From Eledone cirrhosa (Eukaryota): a DNA stretch of 64,000 nt. The notes beneath the pieces are model-generated. The model searched no databases. It had not been told where the DNA came from and worked only from the letters and a program-made list of their open reading frames with translations. How positions within the stretch are numbered: position 1 is the stretch's first letter; the number at the start of each line of letters is the position of its first letter. Positions 12,535 to 24,049 of this stretch are shown one piece after another. The position numbers and the translations under genes were made by a program. The stretch is from NCBI GenBank assembly GCA_964016885.1, contig OZ024744.1:54870001-54934000 (forward strand), given 5' to 3'.

Positions 12535-12661
12535 CCCAGACGGACGTCTCGTTTCATTATAGGATTCCTACAATTTGGGTAAAATTATACCAATTTATGT
12601 AGGAGCTTGTATACCATCAATAGATATATATTCAAGTGGGATCCTATAATTCATCAGTGGG
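12535..12661 (-). ncRNA. Type I hammerhead ribozyme (family G) in a (TA)n-flanked segment 12361-12980
   Basis: Minus strand: CCCA CTGATGA ATTATAGGAT..ATCCTATAAT GAAA CGAGACGTCCG TC TGGG; 10-bp perfect stem II base. Confidence 0.8.
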
Positions 12662-12979
12662 TGCCCCAATAATACTAATATTGATAATCTAACCAACATC
12701 AGTATTTAGCGATAATCATCACCTGTACCTGAGGTATCTGTCAGGTTGCCAGTCCAGCAGTTCTAAAGAAGTGCTCAAACTGATTAAAAAATGAGGAAGT
12801 AAATTACCGCCAAAAAAACAATACATGCGCATGACAATGAACTCTAAAAGAAATTCAGGCCACGTGCTAAGAACTCAATTGGAAATTGAAAAAATATCTA
12901 TGTGTGTACAACATTTGATGACACACAGATATTTTCTCGGGCAAAATAACAGAATGAGATATAAGGAACAATCAATATT

Positions 12980-13111
<132 letters not shown>

Positions 13112-13135
13112 AGAGTGTGTGTGTGTGTGGAATTA

Positions 13136-13456
13136 ATTGGAAATAACACGGAAAATGTATTTAAGGATCTGTTTTTCTTTTTTTTCTTCTTTGATTCGTT
13201 AAAGTGTCATTATTGAAAAAATGCGAGGGACTATTCTTTAAAAAAAAAAAGTTTTATAATGTATATAAACTATATAAAGTATAACTGGTTTCGATGTATC
13301 AGTGAAATCCATCTTATCAAATGTTGAGTAAATCATTATAAAGAATTAAAATGAATCAAAAAGAATTAAATATCAAAGATTTAAAGTGTTGGGCAGGTTT
13401 ATTCAACTTTCTTGTTGAGAAGAAGACTGGATCTAAAATGGAATATTATATATATA

Positions 13457-13541
<85 letters not shown>

Positions 13542-13766
13542 GGTGGTGTTCATACAGAACAAAATTATTTTCAAAGAGGGAAATTTTCTGTAAATCTTTA
13601 AATTTTTATATTTTTAATTCTTTTTAAATGTATATACATTAAAAACTCTTTTTTTTTAAGAATTGTCCCTCTCATCTTTTCAATAATGTCATTTTGACGA
13701 ATCAAAGGAAGGGAAAAAAATAAAAACAGATCCTCAAATACATTTTCCGTGCTATTTCCAATTCCA
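13136..13766. mobile_element. Older diverged fold-back element (arms about 13136-13270 and 13630-13766)
   Basis: aattggaaataacacggaaaatgtatttaaggatctg versus cagatcctcaaatacattttccgtgctatttccaatt. Confidence 0.75.
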
Positions 13767-13808
13767 CCTTTTCCCTATAACCACTGTTTTGTATAGAACC
13801 TTACTCTC

Positions 13809-13904
<96 letters not shown>

Positions 13905-13920
13905 TATATATATATATATA

Positions 13921-16900
13921 TGTCCTGGGTATGACATTAAACTACATCCAGTGGCAAGGCTCCAGTTCGGGAGTTCAGGAGATGTGAGGAATGTGGAGTT
14001 ACCCCTTAGTTGTCATGACTCCCAGGTCTACCCTGGCCCGGGGTGGTAGTACCTGTTAGGGCTCCATTTATGGGTTAAATAACTACCTTATTCGAGTGGC
14101 ACCGGTAAGGTATTGTCAGCCATTGAAAAGAAATATGGAGAGTCGATCTAACAGCACTAGGGTTAGAGCCCCTAATTACACTGTCAAGGAGCAGGCTGGT
14201 CGTTATGACTCTGCTGGCTTAGAGCCACAGAGAGGGCCAGTGGATGATGGATCAGCTGTCTCTGAGACAAATATAAAGAATGCAGTTTTGTCCTGCAGAA
14301 GAGCCATCAAAATGGGCACTTTGAATGTGAGGACTATTCGGACGCTGGAGAAGAGAGAGGAGTTGGGACATTTGTTCGAGGAGAGTGGTATACAGATACT
14401 TGCGATCCAAGAACACAGGATTCTACACGATGAGCCCATGAGGAGTGTGATGATTGGGAAGAAGAGCCAGCTCATCACTATATCGGCAGTGAAGAACACA
14501 ACAAATACTGCAGTGGGAGGAGTGGGTTTTGTGTTCAGTGCAAAAACCAATCTGTTGGTGAGGGAAATAATGCCTATCTCCCCGCGAGTGTTGAGGGTGA
14601 CCTTCAATGGAAACCCAAGACTGACAGTCATCTCAGCCTATAGTCCAACCGAGGGGGACAGCGATGTGAATGCGGAAGAGTTCCATGAGGAGGTGTGTAG
14701 AGCTGTCAACACCACTCAGGCACACAATATCCTGCTTGTTTTGGGAGACTTCAATGCACACCTGAGTAAGGAGGGCAGTGAAGATCCTTGCTGGTACTTC
14801 CATAACAACACCAACCGAAATGGAAGACTACTGAGAGACACCCTGCTGGAGGCGAACTTGATGGCGACCAACCTAAGGTTTAGGAAGAATCTGGGGAAGA
14901 TGTGGACCTACATCTCAGATATGCACCTGTCCAAGTCCCAGATTGATTTCATTCTGGTGAGGAAAAAGTGGCGGAATAGTGTTCTGAACACGGAACCATA
15001 CAGCTATTTCAGTACACTGGGTAGTGACCACCGGCTTGTTATGAGTGAGGTCCGCGTGAGCTTAAGAAAGAGCAAGGCTCAGCCCCGGAGTACAATCTAT
15101 GACTGGGGAGCTTTCAAGGAAGATGATAAGCTACAGGAGAGGTTCACAGTGGAAGTGAGAAACAGGTTTAGTGCTCTGTGTGGAGAGTCAGAGGAGAGAG
15201 AGATTGGATGGACTGAGGAGAGTGTGACGAGCAGGTACGGGCACTTCACCAATGCAGTGGCGGAAGCAAGTGAAACCCTGGTGCCGAGGAAAAAGAATAA
15301 AGGGAAGCACGTCAGCTCTGCAAACCCAAAAGTGCGTGCAGCCAGAGAACACCTGAAAGCTGCCAGGGACCAATTCTATGCTGATCCTACGGAGGAGAGG
15401 ATGGAGATTGTGGAGGTGATGAGGGAAGAGCTCTGTACCGCTTACACTGAGGTCAGAGAGGAGGCACTGATAGAGAAGATCAGAAGTGTGGAGAGAGCGG
15501 TTGACAGATCTGGATGTAAGGAGAGCTGGATGATCATCAACCAGATCACAGGGAGGAAGAGAAGGTGTTCGAGTCAGATCCAGGGAACGGGGCCCGAGGA
15601 TAGGAAGAGGAAATGGCTAGACCATTTTAGGACCCTACTAGGAGAACTGCCCTCCACAGCCCAGAGCACTGGGGACGTCAGGCGGCTGTTTGAGGAACTG
15701 GATGTTGAGACAGAGCCCTTCACCAGAGAGGAGCTTCAGAGAGCCAAGAAGAGGATCAAGGAGGGCAAGGCTCATGGAGAAGATGGAGTGGCATCAGAGG
15801 TGATGAAGAGGTGTGATTTTGATGATATCATCCTGGGGTTCTGTAACGGGGCACTGGAGAAAGGAGTTGCCCCGAATCAGTGGAGGATCAGTAACATCAT
15901 CCCAGTGCCAAAGAAGGGAGATCTCTCTAACACCAACAACTACCGGGGGATCTCACTGACGTCACTTGTGGCAAAGACCCTCAACAGGATGATTCTTATC
16001 AGGATCCAGCCTGAGATGGAGAAGAAGCTCAGGGACAACCAGAACGGCTTCAGAGAGGGTAGATCAACCACCAGTCACATCCTGATGCTGAGGAGGATAT
16101 TAGAGGGAGCTAGAGCAAAGTGCCTTCCTGCGGTCATGGTTTTCATTGACTTTAGGAAGGCCTTTGATTCTGTGGACCGTTACTGCTTGATGAAGATCTT
16201 ACAGGCTTATGGAATCCCCAAGAGGATAGTGGACCTGATATCACTGCTCTACACCAACACCAAAGCCCAAGTCATTACACCTGATGGGATGACAGAGTTC
16301 TTTGAGATACTGGCTGGAGTGCTCCAGGGAGATACATTGGCTCCCTACCTTTTTATCATTGTAGTGGACTATTGTATGCGCCTTGCACTGGAGAAACACC
16401 AGGACTCTGGCTTTACTGTAGCACCGGCTCAGAGCAGGAGAGTTAGGGCGAAAAAGGTATCGGATGCTGAATTTGCCGACGACATAGTTTTGGTGACAAA
16501 TACCGTGAAGGAGGCAGAGGATTTGATGCGGGAGGTTGAGACTGTGTCGATGAGTGTGGGGCTGAGAATGAATGAGACTAAAACAAAATATCTGGTAGAG
16601 AATGTTGAGAAGCCAAAGGGGATCACTAATGTAGGCGGGAAGCCGCTGGAATTGGTTGAGGACTTCCTGTATTTGGGAGCAAGGATTGGGAATACGGAAG
16701 ATGATGTGGTTGAGAGGAAGAGCAAGGCCTGGGCGGCGTGCCACAGCTTGAGATCGGTGTGGAAGTCAGACCTTCGTAGAGACCTGAAAATCCGCCTCTT
16801 CATTGCTGTAGTGGAGTCTGTGCTGCTGTATGGGTCTGAGACTTGGACACTGACCAAGAAACTCACTCAGATGGTGGATGGGTGCTACACGAGAATGCTG

Positions 16901-17240
16901 AGGATGGCTCTGAACATTAATCAGTATACACTGAGGATGAAAAATTCAGAGCTGTATGGGAGAATCCCAAAAGTCAGCTCAAAAGTGACACAGAGGAGAC
17001 TGAGGTTAGCTGGACATGCTCACCGACATCCAGAGTTGACATTGCACTCAGTGCTCCTTTGGGAGCCCCTACATGGACACACTAGAAGAGGAAGACCAAG
17101 GTTAACGTATGTTGATGCCCTAAGGACAGACACTGGTCTGTTGGAGATGCAGGACATGGCAGCGATAATGGAGGACAGAGACCGCTGGAGAGAACTCGTC
17201 CATGGATCTCGGGAATTTTACCCGCCTTAGATAGATAGAT
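13921..17240 (+). mobile_element. Apparently full-length RTE-group LINE with short 5' UTR and (GATA)n tail
   Basis: Single uninterrupted ORF ending right at the microsatellite tail; flanked by (TA)n. Confidence 0.9.
14096..17230 (+). CDS. RTE-group LINE polyprotein: APE endonuclease + reverse transcriptase (start codon uncertain; first ATG at 14135)
   Basis: APE motifs GTLNVRT, LAIQE, SAYSPT, LGDFNA, QIDFIL, SDH; RT motifs NYRGISL, FIDFRKAFDS, GVLQGDTLAP, EFADD, FLYLG; RTE-like end RRGRPRLTY...DRDRWR. Confidence 0.95.
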   Translation: MAPVRYCQPLKRNMESRSNSTRVRAPNYTVKEQAGRYDSAGLEPQRGPVDDGSAVSETNIKNAVLSCRRAIKMGTLNVRTIRTLEKREELGHLFEESGIQILAIQEHRILHDEPMRSVMIGKKSQLITISAVKNTTNTAVGGVGFVFSAKTNLLVREIMPISPRVLRVTFNGNPRLTVISAYSPTEGDSDVNAEEFHEEVCRAVNTTQAHNILLVLGDFNAHLSKEGSEDPCWYFHNNTNRNGRLLRDTLLEANLMATNLRFRKNLGKMWTYISDMHLSKSQIDFILVRKKWRNSVLNTEPYSYFSTLGSDHRLVMSEVRVSLRKSKAQPRSTIYDWGAFKEDDKLQERFTVEVRNRFSALCGESEEREIGWTEESVTSRYGHFTNAVAEASETLVPRKKNKGKHVSSANPKVRAAREHLKAARDQFYADPTEERMEIVEVMREELCTAYTEVREEALIEKIRSVERAVDRSGCKESWMIINQITGRKRRCSSQIQGTGPEDRKRKWLDHFRTLLGELPSTAQSTGDVRRLFEELDVETEPFTREELQRAKKRIKEGKAHGEDGVASEVMKRCDFDDIILGFCNGALEKGVAPNQWRISNIIPVPKKGDLSNTNNYRGISLTSLVAKTLNRMILIRIQPEMEKKLRDNQNGFREGRSTTSHILMLRRILEGARAKCLPAVMVFIDFRKAFDSVDRYCLMKILQAYGIPKRIVDLISLLYTNTKAQVITPDGMTEFFEILAGVLQGDTLAPYLFIIVVDYCMRLALEKHQDSGFTVAPAQSRRVRAKKVSDAEFADDIVLVTNTVKEAEDLMREVETVSMSVGLRMNETKTKYLVENVEKPKGITNVGGKPLELVEDFLYLGARIGNTEDDVVERKSKAWAACHSLRSVWKSDLRRDLKIRLFIAVVESVLLYGSETWTLTKKLTQMVDGCYTRMLRMALNINQYTLRMKNSELYGRIPKVSSKVTQRRLRLAGHAHRHPELTLHSVLLWEPLHGHTRRGRPRLTYVDALRTDTGLLEMQDMAAIMEDRDRWRELVHGSREFYPP

Positions 17241-17250
17241 ATATATATAT

Positions 17251-17414
17251 AATTAAGTTAAAAGTGTACATCTACATATGTATACGCAAATATTAGTATG
17301 CATATAAATACACACATGTATACATATGTACATGTACATATGTATACATGTGTGTATTTATATGCATACTAATATTTCCGTATACATATGTAGATGTACA
17401 CTTTTAACTTAATT
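17251..17414. repeat. 164-bp spacer-less near-perfect palindrome
   Basis: aattaagttaaaagtgtacatc...gatgtacacttttaacttaatt; centre ca|tg at 17332/17333; one mismatch seen. Confidence 0.9.
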
Positions 17415-17512
17415 GTTTAAGCGTCAGTCATACAAAAGTGAGTTAGAAGCGAAACGAAATTTAATTTCGTTTCGTTATTTGTTTTTATATATATATAGTT
17501 TTAATATAGATG

Positions 17513-17563
17513 AGACTCTACAGGACTAGAACTGTTTCATTCTTTAGAAATCATCAGGAATCT
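17513..17563 (-). ncRNA. Type I hammerhead ribozyme (family D, left arm)
   Basis: Reverse complement of 23327-23377 with one G-U wobble in stem I (GAGTCT). Confidence 0.75.
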
Positions 17564-18174
17564 GGGTATCAAAAAATAAGTATGGTATTTATAGGTCTCT
17601 TCAGGTGGTAGGAGAGGGTAGGGAGTGGGATGGGTGTAGGTCATTGGTTGATAGAAAAGGGAATTCATTAAAAGCTAATTCTTCAAAGCTATAGTTTATT
17701 TTTAGAGTAACAAAGGCAGAAAGAATTCTATAAACAAGTTCAGGATGGGGTGCCACTCCTTATATTTAAGTTTCTCTTAAGCTAACAGGTGTCTATAAGA
17801 TCATTGGGGATCAGTCATGGTTGATGGATTTAAAGAAAAGGGAGATTCTTTAAAAGCTAAATTCCTTTAAGGTTCTACTAAGTGACAAAGGCCTAGAGAA
17901 TTCTGTAGACCAATTCAAAATATTGAGTGCATATCATACAATTATCTTCAAATTTCTCTTAAACTATTCAACTATATGCCAATCAACAGACACATTCACA
18001 AACACACCCACTCACACACTCGCGCGCACCCACATACACCCACACATACATATATACACATATATATATACATACATATATACATATACACACACACATA
18101 TACACACATACATATACATACATATATATACACACACATATATATACACACATACACATACATACATATATACG

Positions 18175-18208
<34 letters not shown>

Positions 18209-18233
18209 CATATATATACACATATATACATAT

Positions 18234-18288
<55 letters not shown>

Positions 18289-18362
18289 TATACATACATA
18301 TACACACATATACACATATACACATATATATATACATATATATATATATACATACATACATA

Positions 18363-18453
<91 letters not shown>

Positions 18454-18599
18454 TATTTTCCGTAGTGTTGTAATATGAATATTACACACAGTAGATGGAC
18501 AGCTCACGTAGAGTTTGCTCGACGGTTCCAGTTGTAGTTTCAAAAGTAATCCGGAGAAAATAGAAGGATTTAAATGGATACAGTTTAGTTAAAAGGAAT

Positions 18600-18720
18600 T
18601 TATTGACACGTGTTTCAATAACAGTTACATAACCTGAAAACAGCTGCTATCTACAAAGTATTAGTTATGCAGACATTCAATATTTCAATGTTATTATCAA
18701 CTGTCATTTCATCAGAATAA
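18600..18720 (-). ncRNA. Type I hammerhead ribozyme (family B, left arm)
   Basis: Reverse complement of 19795-19915. Confidence 0.8.
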
Positions 18721-19794
18721 TTTTATTGAGGACCTGTTTGGTTTTTATAGAGAATATTAGGAGGGAGGGGTGAAGTTGTTAGAAGAATAGTTGAGGGAGT
18801 GTTTTTTTGATAGCAGTAAGAATTTTTGGTGGCAGTGAGTAATTAGATTCCCATCTGTTGTTTTGACATTTTTATAGAATATATTATTGGTTATTTTTCT
18901 AAATCTGTAGAAGGATTAGAGATAGTATAGATATGCGTGGTTGATTTTGTGTTTGCACTTAATTAACATTCAGACTTAATTTTTTCTTTCAAGTGTACGT
19001 ATCCTTTCGCCCACGCATTCACACACAAACATATATGCACACCTCTACAAAATACATATACTCACATACACATATTTATATGCTCATACTTACATACATA
19101 TACACATGCACATATATATATATACATATATTTACATATATATATGTACATACATACGCATTCATGTGTATACATTTTCATACTCAACTTATCTTTATAG
19201 ACACACGTATAGACACACACATATATACATACATACTCCTGTCTATGTGTGTGTATATATATATATATATATATACATATATAAGCACTTTAATACATGA
19301 ATACACTTACATCTAACTATACACATCAAACATATATATATATTTACTTATTTATATACATTTTCACATATACATACATACATATGGTTGTATATATATA
19401 TATGTGCATGTGTATATGTATGTAAGTATGAGCATGTAAATATGTGTATGTGAGTATATGTATTTTGTAGAGGTGTGCATATATGTTTGTGTGTGAATGC
19501 GTGGGCGAAAGGATACATACACTTGAAAGAAAAATTTAAGTCTGAATGTTAATTAAGTGCAAACACAAAACCAACCATGCATATCTATACTATCTCTAAT
19601 CCTTCTATAGATTTAGAAAAATAACCAATAATATATTCTATAAAAATGTCAAAACAACAGATGGGAATCTAATTACTCACTGCCACCAAAAATTCTTACT
19701 GGTATCAAAAAAACACTCCCTCAACTATTCTTCTAACAACTTCACCCCTCCCTCCTAATATTCTCTATAAAAACCAAACAGGTCCTCAATAAAA

Positions 19795-19915
19795 TTATTC
19801 TGATGAAATGACAGTTGATAATAACATTGAAATATTGAATGTCTGCATAACTAATACTTTGTAGATAGCAGCTGTTTTCAGGTTATGTAACTGTTATTGA
19901 AACACGTGTCAATAA
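19795..19915 (+). ncRNA. Type I hammerhead ribozyme (family B, right arm)
   Basis: TTATT CTGATGA AATGACAGTT..(92 nt in total)..AACTGTTATT GAAA CACGTG TC AATAA; palindromic stem III, GUC site. Confidence 0.85.
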
Positions 19916-20030
19916 ATTCCTTTTAATTAAACTGTATCCATTTAAATCCTTCTATATATATATATATACACCCACAAATATACACACACATACGTACACA
20001 CTTACACACATACATATACATATATATACA

Positions 20031-20080
<50 letters not shown>

Positions 20081-20082
20081 CA

Positions 20083-20191
<109 letters not shown>

Positions 20192-20402
20192 CGTTTCTGA
20201 ATTTGTTTAGCAAGATTCTTTATCTGGAATCGTGTGTTGAAACCGATATTGTTATACTTTGGGAGGGTCATGTTGCCAATAAGAAACACACGCACCAGTT
20301 GCTTTCACTTCAATTTATTATAATAAATTTATAATAAATTTATAAATTCATAAATTTCTGGTTGATTGGTTGGTTCCACAACCAGATAGTTGTTTATATA
20401 TT

Positions 20403-20445
20403 GTCATAGTTCTTTCGTCACACACTCTGTGACCTCTTCAGTGAC
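20403..20445 (-). ncRNA. Minimal hammerhead-like motif (family C, left arm)
   Basis: Reverse complement of 20575-20617. Confidence 0.6.
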
Positions 20446-20574
20446 TGGGGATTCCTTTCTTTGTTTCTGTGCCTCTCCTTTGTTCTGTCCTACGCCATTT
20501 TGTTTCACATACAGAAACAAAATGGCGTAGGACAGAACAAAGGAGAGGCACAGAAACAAAGAAAGGAATCCCCA

Positions 20575-20617
20575 GTCACTGAAGAGGTCACAGAATGTGT
20601 GACGAAAGAACTATGAC
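20575..20617 (+). ncRNA. Minimal hammerhead-like motif (family C, right arm)
   Basis: GTCA CTGAAGA G GTCACA GAATG TGTGAC GAAA GAAC TA TGAC; very short stem III and one extra G. Confidence 0.6.
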
Positions 20618-20747
20618 AATATATAAACAACTATCTGGTTGTGGAACCAACCAACCAACCAGAAATTTATAAATTTATTATAATAAATTGAAGTGAAAGC
20701 AACTGGCGCGTGTGTTTCTTATTGGCAACATGACCCTCCCAAAGTAT

Positions 20748-20787
<40 letters not shown>

Positions 20788-20851
20788 CCACACACATACA
20801 TACACCTACATATACTCACATATATATACATACACACATACTTCCCTCTAT

Positions 20852-21787
20852 TACCCGTATCACAAACCTAACGAGTCCCTTAGATATATTAATGTTAATT
20901 CAAACCACCCCCAAAACATCACTGATAACCTAGTAAAAAGCGTCTCTATTAGAATATCTGGCCTCTCCGCCTACAAAGATATTTTTAACGCCTCTGCCTC
21001 CAACTACAATGACGCCCTCGCCCGCAGTGGATTTAAAGACCAGATAACCTACCTAGAAACCACCACAAGATTGCAGAGGAGGAATAGGCATAGGCAGATT
21101 AGCTGGTACAACCCTCCCTTCAATAGAGAGGTCTCTACACCGATAGCTAGGATTTTCTTCACTTTGCTGAAAATACACTTCCCCATACAATATAGGTACC
21201 ACACCATCTTTAATAAGAACACAATAAGACTCTCCTACTCCACTACACCTAACCTAGCTAGGAATATAGCCAATCACAATTCTAAAAAATTAAATAAGCC
21301 AACCACCTCCGAACCCAATCCCCGGACTGGGGCCTTGTGTAATTGCCTAAATAAGGAAGCATGCCCACTTGAAAACAAATGCCTCACAAATGATATCCTA
21401 TACAAATGCGATGTCATCTCAGGCACCGATTGTAATAACAAAAAAACTTACATCGGCATGACTTCCAATAATTTTAAGACCCGTTGGTATGCCCATACCC
21501 ACTCCTTCAGAAGACCGGACAAATCAAATCAGACAACGCTCGCCTCCTATGTTTGGGACCTCAAAAGGAACTCCACTCCCTTCACGCTTAAATGGAAAAT
21601 ACTCCAGAAAGCGCGCTCTTACAACGGAGGACACAAGGGCTGCGACCTTTGTATCTCAGAGAGCTACGAAATTTTATTCGCCAAGGGCCCGCTACTGAAC
21701 AGACTCTCTGAACACTGCCCGAACTGCATGCACAAGAACTTTGCAACTTTCAAATACTTTAAACCAGTGTTAAAGCCCGATGGTTAA
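20852..21787 (+). pseudogene. 5'-truncated Penelope-like element ORF: RT thumb, Cys-rich linker, GIY-YIG endonuclease
   Basis: Frame open from about 20852: YPYHKPNESLRYINVNSNHP...LARSGF...WYNPPF...CNC..CPLENKC...ILYKC...TYIGMT..FKTRW..H...CDLC.SE...LLN....CMHK. Confidence 0.9.
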
Positions 21788-22099
21788 AAACGACCTCCTC
21801 CTTTTAACCCCTATACCTCTTTCCCACCCTACCGCCACCCCTCCTCAACCTGAAATACGGCCACTATGGTTATGTGAGTACCTCTTACCTATCTGCATTT
21901 TCTGCCTGTAGCGCTGTTTTTATGTGCCTGTGTATATGCGTATATTTATTGAGTACTTATTTATTTGTATGTGTATATATGTATATGTGTGTGTTTGTGT
22001 GTGTGTGCACGTATATATGTGTATGTGTTTGTGTGGTTCTCTCTGTGTGTGTATTTATTTATTTATATATGTGTGTATGTGTGTATATATGTGTATTTA

Positions 22100-22156
<57 letters not shown>

Positions 22157-22319
22157 GTATGTGTATGTATATATATGTGTATATGTGTGTATATGTATGA
22201 ATATATATGTATATATATGTATATGTGTATAAATATATATGTGTGTGTATGTGTATATATATATATATATATGTATGTGTATATATGTGTATATATGTGT
22301 ATATATGTGTATATATGTG

Positions 22320-22350
<31 letters not shown>

Positions 22351-22455
22351 ATGTGTATATGTATGTGTGTATATGTATGTGTGTGTATATGTGTGTATAT
22401 AAGTATATATATATATATATGTGTGTGTATATGTGTGTATATGTATGTGTGTGTA

Positions 22456-22528
<73 letters not shown>

Positions 22529-22789
22529 ATATATGTGTATGCGTATATATGTATGTGTGCACATGTATGTGTGTATGTAAGTATATATATGTATGTGTGT
22601 GTATATGTATATATGTGTATATATATGTATATATATATATGTGTATATATATATGTATTTATATATATATATGTATATATATACGTATATATGTATGTGT
22701 TTGTGTGTATATATATATGTGTGTGTGTGTATATATATGTATGTATATGTATGTGTGTATATGTGTGTGTGTATATGTATATATGTATG

Positions 22790-22831
<42 letters not shown>

Positions 22832-23326
22832 ATATATGTATGTGTGGGTGTATGTGGGTGCGCGCGAGTGTGTGAGTGGGTGTGTTTGTGAATGTGTCTG
22901 TTGATTGGCATATAGTTGAATAGTTTAAGAGAAATTTGAAGATAATTGTATGATATGCACTCAATATTTTGAATTGGTCTACAGAATTCTCTAGGCCTTT
23001 GTCACTTAGTAGAACCTTAAAGGAATTTAGCTTTTAAAGAATCTCCCTTTTCTTTAAATCCATCAACCATGATGACTGACCCCCAATGATCTTATAGACA
23101 CCTGTTAGCTTAAGAGAAACTTAAATATAAGGAGTGGCACCCCATCCTGAACTTGTTTATAGAATTCTTTCTGCCTTTGTTACTCTAAAAATAAACTATA
23201 GCTTTGAAGAATTAGCTTTTAATGAATTACCTTTTCTATCAACCAATGACCTACACCCATCCCACTCCCTACCCTCTCCTACCACCTGAAGAGACCTATA
23301 AATACCATACTTGTTTTTTGATACCC

Positions 23327-23377
23327 AGATTCCTGATGATTTCTAAAGAATGAAACAGTTCTAGTCCTGTAGAATCT
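23327..23377 (+). ncRNA. Type I hammerhead ribozyme (family D, right arm)
   Basis: AGATTC CTGATGA T TTC TAAA GAA T GAAA CAG TTCTAGTC CTG TA GAATCT; GUA site. Confidence 0.8.
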
Positions 23378-23463
23378 CATCTATATTAAAACTTTTATAC
23401 TCTTCTATGTATTGAGTACCTTACTTACTGTGGTTACCTCCGATTCAACCCGGATTAACGTAC

Positions 23464-23526
<63 letters not shown>

Positions 23527-23576
23527 AAGAGTGGAGAATAACATAGTCAACTGTACAAAAAGCGTTTTATTTACAG

Positions 23577-23678
23577 TATTAACAATTGTTTCATTAGGGT
23601 GTCTAAAAATTGCTAATCACTTGAAGTTGTGTCACTCAATTTTAAATACAATGTATGCCTAATCAAATCATCAGAATA
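23577..23678 (-). ncRNA. Type I hammerhead ribozyme (family E, left arm; small deletion in stem II)
   Basis: Minus strand: TATT CTGATGA TTTGATTAGG..CCCTAAT GAAA CAATTG TT AATA. Confidence 0.7.
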
Positions 23679-23717
23679 ACTGATTAAAATTATACACGGC
23701 GTTTGTAATATACTAGT

Positions 23718-23823
23718 TATTCTGATGATTTGATTCGGCATACATTGTATTTAAAATTGAGTGACACAACTTCAAGTGATTAGCAATGTTTAGACACCCT
23801 AATCAATGAAACAATTGTTAATA
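23718..23823 (+). ncRNA. Type I hammerhead ribozyme (family E, right arm)
   Basis: TATT CTGATGA T TTGATT..AATCAA T GAAA CAATTG TT AATA; palindromic stem III, GUU site. Confidence 0.75.
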
Positions 23824-24049
23824 CTTTGTACTGTTGACCATGTTATTCTTCACTCTTTCACTATTATTACTCCAAGATTAACCTGCATAGGAATTCCTGA
23901 GAACTCGCAACCTAACTAAGGAAACCTCTTGTTGAGTCAAAAAACGCCGTACGTTAAAACTATCCACAATACGGAGTACTCACAACCTCTAACTGTATTA
24001 CCTATAACGATAATTTGTTATCCCATATATTCTTGGTTGTTCATCGTAA

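Larger units (their letters stand above)
18451..19955 (-). mobile_element. Fold-back element B nested in D (arms about 18561-19090 and 19420-19955, left tail 18451-18560)
   Basis: tagaaggatttaaatggatacag... versus ...ctgtatccatttaaatccttcta; about 500 bp arms with few mismatches. Confidence 0.9.
23521..24045 (+). mobile_element. Fold-back element E (arms 23521-23681 and about 23715-23863, right tail) after (TA)n
   Basis: tagtgaaagagtggagaataacat... versus ...atgttattcttcactctttcacta. Confidence 0.85.

Noticed and set aside
23286-23310. Second CTGAAGA in arm D
   Set aside because: No complementary stem II followed by GAAA
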